A stretch of 59,874 nt of DNA, filler included, from 6 parts of 6 records of this genome joined end to end with filler, not necessarily neighbours in it; one strand, 5' to 3'; counted from the first letter of the whole stretch, positions 47,996 to 57,215 are shown. A program made the numbers and translations. Notes: generated by a model not told the origin, from the letters alone.

Positions 47996-48700
47996 ATGTA
48001 CAAAGGATTAAAAATAGAACCCCCTTTTTTTGAGATAGGGCCGAAAGCCTTTATGTATGGAGAAAGAATGCTGAAACTGGCAAAAGCAGCCGATAAAGCA
48101 TCTGCAAAATACGATGTTCGCATTATTCTCACGCCGCAGTATACAGATATTCGAATGTTAGCTAACGAAACAGAACACCTGTTGGTTTTTGCCCAACATA
48201 TGGATCCGTTACCTGTTGGAAGGGGGCTCGGCTCTGTTCTTCCTGAAGCTGTAAAGGTAGCCGGAGCCGTAGGTGTTATGCTTAACCATGCTGAAAAGCC
48301 TATGGGCATTGCTGATTTACGCATGGCAATAAAACGTGCTGATGAAGTCGGGCTGGTCTCAATTGTCTGTGCCGATTCAATTGAAGAAGCTTCGGCAATT
48401 GCTCATTTTTCGCCCAACATAATTGTTGCAGAGCCAACGGAGCTTATTGGTACCGGACAAACCAGCGACGAACAATATGTTATCGAAACAACACGTGCCA
48501 TTAAAGAGATTAATTCCGAAATACAGGTTTTGCCTGCCGCAGGAATTAGAAGTAGGGAAGACGTTTACAAAATGATTCGGGCAGGGGCAGAAGCAACCGG
48601 TACCACCAGTGGTATCATGAAAGCTAAAAATCCGGAAGAAATGATGGAAGAAATGATAAAAGCCGTGCGTGAAGCATGGGATGAAACACATTGTAAATAA
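47996..48700 (+). CDS. Atypical (archaeal-like) triosephosphate-isomerase-family protein (start moved to ATG 47996)
   Basis: FAQH.D, GVMLNHAEK, AEPTELIGTG, AAGI, SGIMKA; N-terminal GPK replaces NxK. Confidence 0.82.
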   Translation: MYKGLKIEPPFFEIGPKAFMYGERMLKLAKAADKASAKYDVRIILTPQYTDIRMLANETEHLLVFAQHMDPLPVGRGLGSVLPEAVKVAGAVGVMLNHAEKPMGIADLRMAIKRADEVGLVSIVCADSIEEASAIAHFSPNIIVAEPTELIGTGQTSDEQYVIETTRAIKEINSEIQVLPAAGIRSREDVYKMIRAGAEATGTTSGIMKAKNPEEMMEEMIKAVREAWDETHCK

Positions 48701-48743
48701 TAAATGGTATTAATACCAAAAAAAATTAAAGGAGGATTTAAAA

Positions 48744-49247
48744 ATGAAAGTTTACAGAGAATCAGTTGATTTAAAATCAGATTTAGGAAGGCCAACATTT
48801 CATGATGTAACCAAACAGATTAAGGAAATCGTAAAACGTTCAGGGGTTAAGAATGGTACTTGTGTGGTATATTCTCATCATACTACCTGTAGTATTATGA
48901 CACAGGAATGCTCTCACGATAAAACCTATTTTGGTTTGGAGTTTTTGCAACAGGATTTGTGTAATATTATGGAAAAACTGGTTCCTACATGTCGGTACGA
49001 AGGTCAGTATTTACATCCCGGGAAAGAGCATATTGATTTTGCCATGTCGTTAGGAACAGAAGAAGGGGAATGGACTAGCCTAAATACAGAAGCACATTTG
49101 CGTTCAGTATTTTTCGGACGATCGGAAACTATTGTTATGGTAGAAGGAGAGCTTGATATGGGTGAGTTTGGTTATATTTATTTTGTTGACTGGGATCAAT
49201 TACGTGGCCGTAAAAGGGTTTGTCAGGTACAGATAATTGGGGAGTAA
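48744..49247 (+). CDS. YjbQ/UPF0047 family protein
   Basis: DVT.QI...V..SGVKNG...VYS.HTT, AHLRS, IYFVDWD..R.R; AAGGAGG SD. Confidence 0.85.
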   Translation: MKVYRESVDLKSDLGRPTFHDVTKQIKEIVKRSGVKNGTCVVYSHHTTCSIMTQECSHDKTYFGLEFLQQDLCNIMEKLVPTCRYEGQYLHPGKEHIDFAMSLGTEEGEWTSLNTEAHLRSVFFGRSETIVMVEGELDMGEFGYIYFVDWDQLRGRKRVCQVQIIGE

Positions 49248-49277
49248 ATCTCGTATTGATAGTTTAGTTAAAAAAAC

Positions 49278-49307
49278 AACCTGTGGCATTTGTTGTCACA
49301 GGTTTTT
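49278..49307 (+). terminator. Intrinsic terminator closing the sugar operon
   Basis: AACCTGTGGCA-tttgt-TGTCACAGGTT-TTT. Confidence 0.75.
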
Positions 49308-49389
49308 AAAAGAAGCTAGTATCAATAAGAATAACAATTTTCAGGAAGGATTGAATGGATGAGAGTTTGGATTTATAACTGGGATAATA

Positions 49390-50428
49390 ATGATTTCTTT
49401 AAATTTTAATGGGATGAGGTTTAAACTTATTGTTAAAGGGTTTGCGGTTCTTATGTTATTAAGTTTTTCATGTAGTGATAAAGAAAAATTATCATTTGAA
49501 AAACGACCCAACATCATTTTAATCCTGGCTGATGATTTGGGGTATATGGATATTCAGGAATATGCACACAAAACTTTAGGAGAAAGAAAAGAAAGAATGT
49601 TTTATGAGACCCCAAACCTGGATAGGTTGATTTGCGAAGGCATTGCATTCGACAGGGCTTACGCCTGCCAGTTATGTTCTCCTACCCGGGCTAGTATCTT
49701 AACCGGGAAATATGCCGGAAGACTTGGATTTACGACTGCTACTCCTTTCCGAAAAACATATTATAATCAAGGGAAGCAAGCTCCTGAAGGAAGTTATGTG
49801 CATGATGTCCTTTATCATGGTGACAAAATTGAAATTGAACAGGCATTGTTAAATGGTAGTACAAATACAGCTTTACCAGCTGGTACTGAATTTGATAATG
49901 GTGTTGATGAAATTACCATCCCAGAAGCCTTGCCCGATTATAATTCTGCGTTTATCGGGAAATGGCATGTTGGCGGACATGGTGCCAAAGGTTATACTCC
50001 CGCCGATCAGGGATTTGAACCAATTGCCTGGTACGATGCAGGTGGATCTGATTACTTCAATTGGCGCCCGACCTGGAATAATCGATCAAAAGAACAAGCC
50101 CCTGATATACCACAGGAGGAGTTATGTCAGGGGAACGCAGGAGTAGAAACTGGTAAAGAATATTTAACAGACGATCTTACAGAACAGGCACTTAACTACA
50201 TTGATAGGCGGGCCAAAATTAAAGATCAGCCCTTCTTCCTTTATTTCTGCCATTTTGCAGTTCACAGTCCCTGGCAGGGGCAAAGAGAAACCATGGAATA
50301 TTTTGATACAAAAGATACTAAAGGCTGGAATGGGCATAATGATGCCAGGTATGCCTCCATGATAAAAAGTTTAGATAATTCAGTTGGAAAAATTCTTGAC
50401 AAGCTGGAAGCTACCGGGCTGGATGAAA
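49390..50428 (+). CDS. Formylglycine-dependent (S1) sulfatase, probable lipoprotein, 3'-truncated
   Basis: PNIILILADDLG, CSPTRASILTG, GKWHVG, FAVHSP; lipobox-like SFSC. Confidence 0.92.
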
Positions 50429-50528
50429 NNNNNNNNNNNNNNNNNNNNNNNNNNNNNNNNNNNNNNNNNNNNTTAATTAATTAANNNNNNNNNNNNNNNN
50501 NNNNNNNNNNNNNNNNNNNNNNNNNNNN
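50429..50528. other. Artificial contig-joining spacer
   Basis: N44-TTAATTAATTAA-N44. Confidence 0.99.
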
Positions 50529-50651
50529 ATGCTTTCCTTCCTCGCCCACCGGAACCAGATGCATGCTACACACCGGACATCTGCCGGGTTCGTCGTAGGT
50601 TTTATCACCCTCGCACCGCATCGGGCAGTAATACAGCTTTGTTTTTGTCAT
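50529..50651 (-). CDS. Heavy-metal-binding domain, probably the N-terminus of a Cu P-type ATPase (truncated)
   Basis: MTKTKLYYCPMRCEGDKTYDEPGRCPVCSMHLVP. Confidence 0.65.
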
Positions 50652-50694
50652 GCTTGTTTTCTTCTGGTTGTGTTGCTTATCATCATTGTTTTTA

Positions 50695-51144
50695 CTAGCA
50701 CCAGTGCCTGACATTGCCAAAATCAAATTCCGGTAAACCGGCATGCTCCAACTCTTCTTTACCTTCCTCCATGCATTCCTTATCAATAAAACCACGGTTT
50801 TGCATTTTGTTTAGCATCATTTCCATCACCTCCTGGTGATTCATAATACTGTCGGTGATGTGCTCGCAGGCAATGCTGTCCTGCATGAACATGGAAGCCG
50901 TTTCGCGCATATGCTCCATATCCATCATGCTTTCTTCGTAGCCTTCCATCATCATCATCGCATGTTCGTTGCTGCGCATTTTTTGCATGAATTCTGACAT
51001 TAACTGATGATCGCTGATGATTTCCGTAAAGATACTTCCCCTGGTCGGAGTGTCATTCAGCATTTCTTTTACTTCAGTTTTTTGATTGCATCCTGCAAAA
51101 GCCAGCAAGGCAATGGCAGAAATAGTTATCCATAGTGTCTTCAT
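50695..51144 (-). CDS. Met/His-rich lipoprotein
   Basis: Lipobox FAGC; HAMMMMEG...MMDMEHM; in copper cluster. Confidence 0.7.
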   Translation of the reverse strand: MKTLWITISAIALLAFAGCNQKTEVKEMLNDTPTRGSIFTEIISDHQLMSEFMQKMRSNEHAMMMMEGYEESMMDMEHMRETASMFMQDSIACEHITDSIMNHQEVMEMMLNKMQNRGFIDKECMEEGKEELEHAGLPEFDFGNVRHWC

Positions 51145-51168
51145 AATAATTTGTTTTATTTGATTAAA

Positions 51169-51510
51169 TTAAATGACCTCAATTCCTTCTGCGTCAGTCC
51201 TGACTTTGAATGCCTGTTCAACGGGCGACACGATGATCATCCCATCGCCCTGATAACCTGTGCGTGCAGACTGCCTGATTATTTCAACTACTTTTTCGAG
51301 GTGATCGTTACTGATTAGTATTTCAAGTTTGATCACGCGGTAGGCTTCTGCAAAAGGATACTTTATACTGATGTGTTCCTTTTCATGGTCTGAATACATG
51401 CCCGTTCCTTCGCATTCAACGAAAGTCATGCAGCAGAATCCTGCTTTTTTCAGTGCTGTATAAACGTCTTCCGCCTTTCTGTGTCGAATATATGCTTTTA
51501 TGAGTTTCAT
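51169..51510 (-). CDS. P-II family protein (GlnB-like), Cys/His-rich
   Basis: MKLIKAYIR, KLEILI, ARTG..GDG.I.VSPV...KVRT...G. Confidence 0.88.
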   Translation of the reverse strand: MKLIKAYIRHRKAEDVYTALKKAGFCCMTFVECEGTGMYSDHEKEHISIKYPFAEAYRVIKLEILISNDHLEKVVEIIRQSARTGYQGDGMIIVSPVEQAFKVRTDAEGIEVI

Positions 51511-51512
51511 AG

Positions 51513-51746
51513 TTAATCCGTTTTAATGTTTGCAATTTCAGCCTTGCCCGCAGCATGCGATTTCCCGTCAAGTGCACAGTTGGAAATATCTTTCAGGCCA
51601 CAGGCACCACAGGCATTACCTCCGGTGGTATGTGCATCCGTCTGCTCGTTGTCATTACCAACCGGATCGAGCCACATTTTCAAAACAATGGGTAGTAACA
51701 TGATCAGTGCTAAGGCTATAGCTACAATTATTGTGTTGACTATCAT
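51513..51746 (-). CDS. Small membrane protein with Cys cluster
   Basis: N-terminal TM; CGACGLKDISNC. Confidence 0.55.
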   Translation of the reverse strand: MIVNTIIVAIALALIMLLPIVLKMWLDPVGNDNEQTDAHTTGGNACGACGLKDISNCALDGKSHAAGKAEIANIKTD

Positions 51747-51809
51747 AATAACTTCTTTTTTACGATGACCCTTTCCCTGCGGGAGGAATCATCTGTTTCT
51801 ATATGAGTA

Positions 51810-51870
51810 CAAAGATACAGCAGCTTTCATGTCAGACTGTTACACAATATTCAGTATGTTTTACATCATT
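51810..51870 (-). promoter_or_regulatory. Bacteroidetes-type -7 promoter element with upstream 21-bp-spaced direct repeats
   Basis: Minus-strand TATCTTTG (51810-51817) fits TAnnTTTG; plus-strand TTACACAAT (51840) and TTACATCAT (51861). Confidence 0.55.
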
Positions 51871-51878
51871 TCATGATT

Positions 51879-52439
51879 TTACACCTTGTCGATTGATTTA
51901 CGCTTTTTCTCAGCCAGCTTTTTAAACCATGATGGAGTGAATCCAGTAATTCTTTTAAACTGACCTGAAAGGTGCGCCACACTGCTATAGCCCAGCTCGT
52001 AAGCAATTTCGCTCAGGGTCATTTCATCGTACACCAGCAATTCTTTCACCCTTTCGATCTTAAGATTAATCAGGTATTTTTCGATGGTGGTGCCTGTGAC
52101 CGACGAAAAGAGTGTGCTGAGATGGTTATAGTCATGGTTGAGTTTACCTGCTAGGTAGTCAGAAAAGTTCACCTGGATAGATTCGGGGTGGTGGTAAACG
52201 AAATCGATGATCACTTTTTTGATATTTTCAATCAGGCGACTTTTGGCATCTTCGATGATCTCGAAACCCACGTTTTTGAGCCTGTTACGAATGTTGCCCA
52301 TTACTTCTTCTGATGGCGTGTCTTTTACGGTTACCCTGCCCATTTCCACCCTGGCATTTTCATATCCTGCCTCCCCGAAGATTTGCGAAACGGTCATAAT
52401 ACACCGGTCGCAAACCATATTTTTAATGTAAATGTCCAT
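51879..52439 (-). CDS. AraC-family regulator with N-terminal HMA-like CxxC domain
   Basis: IKNMVCDRC; LS.LFS..TG.TIEKY; LSEIAYELGYSSVAHLS.QFK.ITGFTPS. Confidence 0.92.
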   Translation of the reverse strand: MDIYIKNMVCDRCIMTVSQIFGEAGYENARVEMGRVTVKDTPSEEVMGNIRNRLKNVGFEIIEDAKSRLIENIKKVIIDFVYHHPESIQVNFSDYLAGKLNHDYNHLSTLFSSVTGTTIEKYLINLKIERVKELLVYDEMTLSEIAYELGYSSVAHLSGQFKRITGFTPSWFKKLAEKKRKSIDKV

Positions 52440-52440
52440 T

Positions 52441-54210
52441 TTAATGAATGATTACCTTTTTAACTTTTCTGGTACCCTCCCCGGATAATTCAATGAAATA
52501 CATACCCGGCGTCAAATCCGAAACATCCAGATCAAATTGTCCATCACCTGTTGAAACCGGCATTTGATATATTTTCACGCCGGTGTTGTTAAACACGGTT
52601 GCGTTACTGAAATTGTGGCCGGAACTGTTGTTTCGGATGATGAGCCGGTCATCTGTTGCCGGATTGGGATATACTGTAAACGCGGATATGGATTCGGTAC
52701 TGGCGTTGAATCCGGTGCTGTTATCCACAACCAGAAACTGGCCCATCATACCGTCATCTTCGTGCACCAGCATGTGGCAGTGATACATGAATGGAACCTC
52801 CTCATCTGCAAAGTCGCTGAACTGTGCTATGAAACGAACCGTTTCCATGGGCTCAACAAGAATCACATCTTTCCGGCCGGCTTCGCTTGCCGGCGGTGCA
52901 CCACCGTCTCTGTCAAGTACAAAAAACTGTACATCATGAATATGAAACGGATGGGCCATCGGCGATTGGTTGGTCAGGCTCCAGATTTCGATGTTGCCAA
53001 GCGGAATGGTGTAGTTTATGGTGTTCATCTCGAAACTCTGGCCATTGATCAGAAATTTGCCGTTAAGCGCATTGGGTCCCATCATTTCCGGAGTGAACGT
53101 TAGCGACCGGGTGGTACTTGCCTGTGATTCAGGGATGGGATACAGGGTTGCCAGTTCGCCTGGAATGGTTGTTACCGGGTTGGCAGTAGCCTCTGTTATG
53201 TGGATATCCATGATCACAAAGTCGTTGCCATTCATTGGGTTTGGGTTGTACCCGTCCAGCGTCATCATGGGCATCATACCCGGATTGGTAGCGCCATAAA
53301 ATCCATTGGGCAACTCGGATGCATAGCTCATGAGTTGAATATTGCTGCCTGACATATTGGTGAGATCGAGTAATATTTCTGCTCTTTCTCCCGGAGAAAT
53401 CCTCAGGCGGGTCACCGTGTTGGTTTCTGGCAGTAACCCCCCGTCACTGGCTATCTGATAAAATTCAGCATTGTTGCTTAATCCCAGTTGAAAAATCCGT
53501 TGGGATGAACCGTTGAGCACCCGTAACCTCACCACCTGTGCCGGCAGGTCAAGAACAGGTTCTGTAGTGGCGTTTACCATCACCACATCATCGGAGTTGG
53601 AATGCACAAGAATTTGATTGTTATCGTCAAAATCTTTGGTTTGTATCACCACCGGAAAATCGTCAACGCCGTAGGTGCGGGGCAGTTCCAGTGTAGCTTC
53701 CTCAGCATCCCTCACGATGATAAGGCCAGCGATACCTTTGGATACGTGCTTGTCCGTTTTTGTGTGCAAATGCGGATGATACCAGTAAGTTCCGGCTTTA
53801 TCGAGCACAGTGAAAAAAGGATTCCACGTTGTGCCCGGCGCAATTACGGTGTGCGGACCTCCGTCGAAAGCCGCCGGCACATGCATTCCGTGCCAGTGGA
53901 TGGTGGTTGAATCTTCCAGTTGATTAATGACCTCAATGTTTACCGCTTCCCCCTGCTGCATGATCAGGGTAGGGCCCAGGATAGGGCCGTTTACGCCCAT
54001 GGTTTCCGTGGGTGTACCCGCGAAAAACTGCATCTCATGGTTGTCGAGGGTGAGGCTGAAATCATTGCCCGATAAAGTATCCGGTATCAGCAAGCTTTGC
54101 TGGGCATTTGTTGATAGTCCCAGGCCTAGTATTAATGTACTTATTAAAGTCCTTAGTTTATATTTTTCTAATTGTGTTTTCATAAAATGTATGCTGTTTA
54201 TGTTATTCAA
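52441..54210 (-). CDS. Multicopper oxidase (CueO-like) with type IX secretion C-terminal domain
   Basis: HWH, WYHPH, HPFHIH, HCHMLVHEDDGMM; C-terminal VYPNPA...PGMYFIEL...KKVII; true start may be ATG 54183. Confidence 0.92.
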   Translation of the reverse strand: MNNINSIHFMKTQLEKYKLRTLISTLILGLGLSTNAQQSLLIPDTLSGNDFSLTLDNHEMQFFAGTPTETMGVNGPILGPTLIMQQGEAVNIEVINQLEDSTTIHWHGMHVPAAFDGGPHTVIAPGTTWNPFFTVLDKAGTYWYHPHLHTKTDKHVSKGIAGLIIVRDAEEATLELPRTYGVDDFPVVIQTKDFDDNNQILVHSNSDDVVMVNATTEPVLDLPAQVVRLRVLNGSSQRIFQLGLSNNAEFYQIASDGGLLPETNTVTRLRISPGERAEILLDLTNMSGSNIQLMSYASELPNGFYGATNPGMMPMMTLDGYNPNPMNGNDFVIMDIHITEATANPVTTIPGELATLYPIPESQASTTRSLTFTPEMMGPNALNGKFLINGQSFEMNTINYTIPLGNIEIWSLTNQSPMAHPFHIHDVQFFVLDRDGGAPPASEAGRKDVILVEPMETVRFIAQFSDFADEEVPFMYHCHMLVHEDDGMMGQFLVVDNSTGFNASTESISAFTVYPNPATDDRLIIRNNSSGHNFSNATVFNNTGVKIYQMPVSTGDGQFDLDVSDLTPGMYFIELSGEGTRKVKKVIIH

Positions 54211-55981
54211 CGTCTTTTTTTATCACATCTCTTACCTCCCCGCAGGTTAGCATCATGTCGCCGTAATACGGGTTTCTGATCTGTTCCTTTTTGCTCAACC
54301 AGTAAGCGCCCTGGTTTTGGTTGGCCATGGGGCAGAACTGCACATAAACGGGGATGGGGAAGGGGCCGGCATGTTTCGACAGCGCGATCATCCTATCCGA
54401 AAGCATGATGAAATGTTTCCTGGCCTGGTCGATGTTTTTGGCTTCCCGGAGTTTTGCGGTTTGCTCATTCAGATCGGCCAGTGCATCCTGCAGGGCTTTG
54501 TCAATATTTTCATTTACTCCCCAGGTCATGACTTCATCCAGTGATTCCGACACCCCGGCGGCCTCTTCCTGTGCGGTTTCGAGGTCCGATTGTACAAGTG
54601 CATCTTTCATGCTAAAATATGCACCCAGCACCGGCTGAAACTCATCCACAAAGTCTTCAGGAGGGGCTGGAAGGTCCGGCATCTTGGCCTGATCACCTTT
54701 CATCTGCATGCTCCCGTGTTGATGGCCGGTTGAGGCCGGTCCGCCGGATGGATTCATCATGCTGGGTTTACCGGCGAGCTGTGCAGCCGCATCAATACTG
54801 AATGTGCCGTTGGTTGCAATTTCATCGCCTTGTTGCAGGCCGCTTTGGATGATGTAACTTTCGCCAAGCGCCGGACCGAGTTCTACTTCCTGCATGGTAA
54901 AATAGACGCCCTGGTCGGTTGTAGATTTTATATAGACCACTGACCGGGTGCCTGTCCACATTACGGCAGTTTTCGGAACAACAATCCCTTCGGATTGCCC
55001 TGAAAGTTCTGTTTTTACTTTTCCGGATACAAACATCCCGGGTTTTAGTTTAAGGTCCGTGTTGGATTTCACGACCCTTGCTTTGGCAACCCTTGTTTTC
55101 GGATCGATGACCGGGTCGATATAATCGATGGTTCCATTGAAGGTTTGCCCCGGGAGCGACGATACCGTAAATGTGATCTTGTCGCCCTTATTTATCCAGA
55201 GCATTTCCGATTCATAAACATCGAAAAGCGCCCAAACGCCGGAGAGGTCAGCGATCTGATAAATGGTTTCGCCCCTGCGGACATAATCGCCGGGGTTCAC
55301 CATTTTTTTCGTTACATATCCCGAAACATCGGCGAGAATATCAAATGTTTCCATTGCTATTCCTGAGGATAAAATCTCTTCGATTTGTTCGTCATTCAGT
55401 TTCCAGCTTTTCAACTTCTCTTTGGCCGCCTGGAAGAGCCGGGGTTGCGATTCCCTGATTTTTTGCGCTTCTAACAACTCCTCCTGTGCCGTTACCATTT
55501 CGGGCGAATAAACCGTTGCGATCACCTGCCCCTTGCTCACATTATCGCCGGTAAAATTCACCATCAGATCTTCGATCCGGCCGGGAATATGCGACGACTG
55601 GGAAAATACCCGTCGTTCGTCCTGCGCTATTTTTCCATCCAAACGGGTTTCTTTTACCGGTGCCATGCTACCCACGAGGGCGGTTTCTACACTGGCAAGT
55701 TGCATGGCGGTGGGCGACATGCTTATCGCATTGGCATCGAGAGCCGAATTGGGTTCTTCATCAAGCGGAATTAAATCCATTCCACAGATAGGGCAGTCGC
55801 CTGGTTCACCCTGCCGGATTTGAGGATGCATGGAGCAGGTCCAGATGGTTTCTTCTGCCAGTTCCGCATCGTGCAGGTGTTCGGCAGCGGGTTCAGATTC
55901 CGCATTACCAAAAATCAGCCATCCCAGTAACAGGCCTGCAACCAGGGTGACAATTGCTGTAATGATTGTTTTATTATTCAT
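54203..55981 (-). CDS. CusB-like RND periplasmic adaptor with heavy-metal-binding domain and C-terminal DUF3347-like domain
   Basis: WTCSMHPQI...CPICGMDL, YSPE...AQEEL, LKPGMFV, FCPMA...W...I.NPYYG..MLTCG. Confidence 0.9.
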   Translation of the reverse strand: MNNKTIITAIVTLVAGLLLGWLIFGNAESEPAAEHLHDAELAEETIWTCSMHPQIRQGEPGDCPICGMDLIPLDEEPNSALDANAISMSPTAMQLASVETALVGSMAPVKETRLDGKIAQDERRVFSQSSHIPGRIEDLMVNFTGDNVSKGQVIATVYSPEMVTAQEELLEAQKIRESQPRLFQAAKEKLKSWKLNDEQIEEILSSGIAMETFDILADVSGYVTKKMVNPGDYVRRGETIYQIADLSGVWALFDVYESEMLWINKGDKITFTVSSLPGQTFNGTIDYIDPVIDPKTRVAKARVVKSNTDLKLKPGMFVSGKVKTELSGQSEGIVVPKTAVMWTGTRSVVYIKSTTDQGVYFTMQEVELGPALGESYIIQSGLQQGDEIATNGTFSIDAAAQLAGKPSMMNPSGGPASTGHQHGSMQMKGDQAKMPDLPAPPEDFVDEFQPVLGAYFSMKDALVQSDLETAQEEAAGVSESLDEVMTWGVNENIDKALQDALADLNEQTAKLREAKNIDQARKHFIMLSDRMIALSKHAGPFPIPVYVQFCPMANQNQGAYWLSKKEQIRNPYYGDMMLTCGEVRDVIKKDVE

Positions 55982-57215
55982 GGTTTGTGTTTTTTGCAGT
56001 TATATAATCCAGTCTGGCCACGGCGGTATGGTATTCTGCCATAGCTTTGGCCATCATTTTTTCATATTCCAGTAGTTTCTGTTGCATGCGCAGCACCTCT
56101 TCGAATTCTTTCCCGGAGTTGCCATACGAACTGAACAACAGGTTAAGCGATTGACGGGTTGTGGCAATCTGCTTCCGGTACAATTCGATTAAGTCGAGCT
56201 GTTGTGAGATTTCAAACAATGTCCGGTCGAATTCAGACGAGAGCGAATTGAGCACGTTTTCTTTCTGGAGAGAAAAACTTTCCTGGATGAATTGTGCGTC
56301 TTTTTCAGCCGCATTATACTTTTCGCGAAACAGCGGGATGCTTACCGAAACCATAGGCATCAACACATCTTTACCGTTATCGGCCACCGACATGTCCGAA
56401 CGTTCGCCCACCACAACATAATCCAGTCCGACTCCGAAATTGGGAAGCCCCTGTTTTTGTGCAACATTTTCCCTGGCTCTGCCTGCCTCTTTTTTCAAAT
56501 CGAGTGCATTGACAGCCGGATTGTGTAACAACAGCGAATCTTTAACGGCATCAATTACAATGGCTGTTGCCTGTAAAGTGTCGGAAACGATTACTTCTTC
56601 GTTTTCGTTGCGGTTCAGCAGATTATTAAATGTGGAAACCAATACATGTTCTTTCTTTTGCAGAATTTCGAGCCTCGTCCTTGAATCATTCAGCATGATA
56701 TCCACACGCAGCACATCCACCATGGGAGCCGTTCCGGTTTCAAATTTCCGGGTAGCAATGGTTTTGTACGACTCCAGAATCTCAATGTTTTTCCTCTCAA
56801 TTTCCTGTATATGCCGTAATTCGTATAAGGGGTAATAAGCGGCCGCCACATCGTAGAACAGTTTGTTTCGTGCATCCAGAAACGCCTGGTATCTGGCTTC
56901 CGCCATCAATGAAGCGGCATCTGCTTTTGCTCCTAATGTTCCAAACCAGGGGAACATCTGACTGAGTGAAAATTTTGCACGCTGCGGTCCCACCCGTGTT
57001 TCGACCGGGGAAACAAAATAGCCAAACGATAATGTAGGATCGGGCAACGAACTTACCTGTGGAATTCTTTGCAAGGCAGCTTCAAATTCCTTGTATTTGG
57101 ACTGTAGTCCGGGATTACGCTCCGCTGCCATCCGGTAATATTCATCCAGCGTTTGGGCCTGACCTGCCGTAACTCCCAGAATGATCAGGAATATTATATT
57201 TATCATGAATCTCAT
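55974..57215 (-). CDS. TolC-family outer membrane protein (CusC role)
   Basis: LPDP.LSFG, SQMFPWFG, SIPLF; between the RND pump and adaptor. Confidence 0.88.
   Translation of the reverse strand: MRFMINIIFLIILGVTAGQAQTLDEYYRMAAERNPGLQSKYKEFEAALQRIPQVSSLPDPTLSFGYFVSPVETRVGPQRAKFSLSQMFPWFGTLGAKADAASLMAEARYQAFLDARNKLFYDVAAAYYPLYELRHIQEIERKNIEILESYKTIATRKFETGTAPMVDVLRVDIMLNDSRTRLEILQKKEHVLVSTFNNLLNRNENEEVIVSDTLQATAIVIDAVKDSLLLHNPAVNALDLKKEAGRARENVAQKQGLPNFGVGLDYVVVGERSDMSVADNGKDVLMPMVSVSIPLFREKYNAAEKDAQFIQESFSLQKENVLNSLSSEFDRTLFEISQQLDLIELYRKQIATTRQSLNLLFSSYGNSGKEFEEVLRMQQKLLEYEKMMAKAMAEYHTAVARLDYITAKNTNHE

Noticed and set aside
12724-50484. Recurrent TTAATTAATTAA palindrome
   Set aside because: Always centred in N runs of fixed length; an artificial linker, not a biological repeat
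50652-50795. N-terminal extension of the 50481-50795 ORF
   Set aside because: Overlaps the lipoprotein gene; the metal-binding domain begins at ATG 50651
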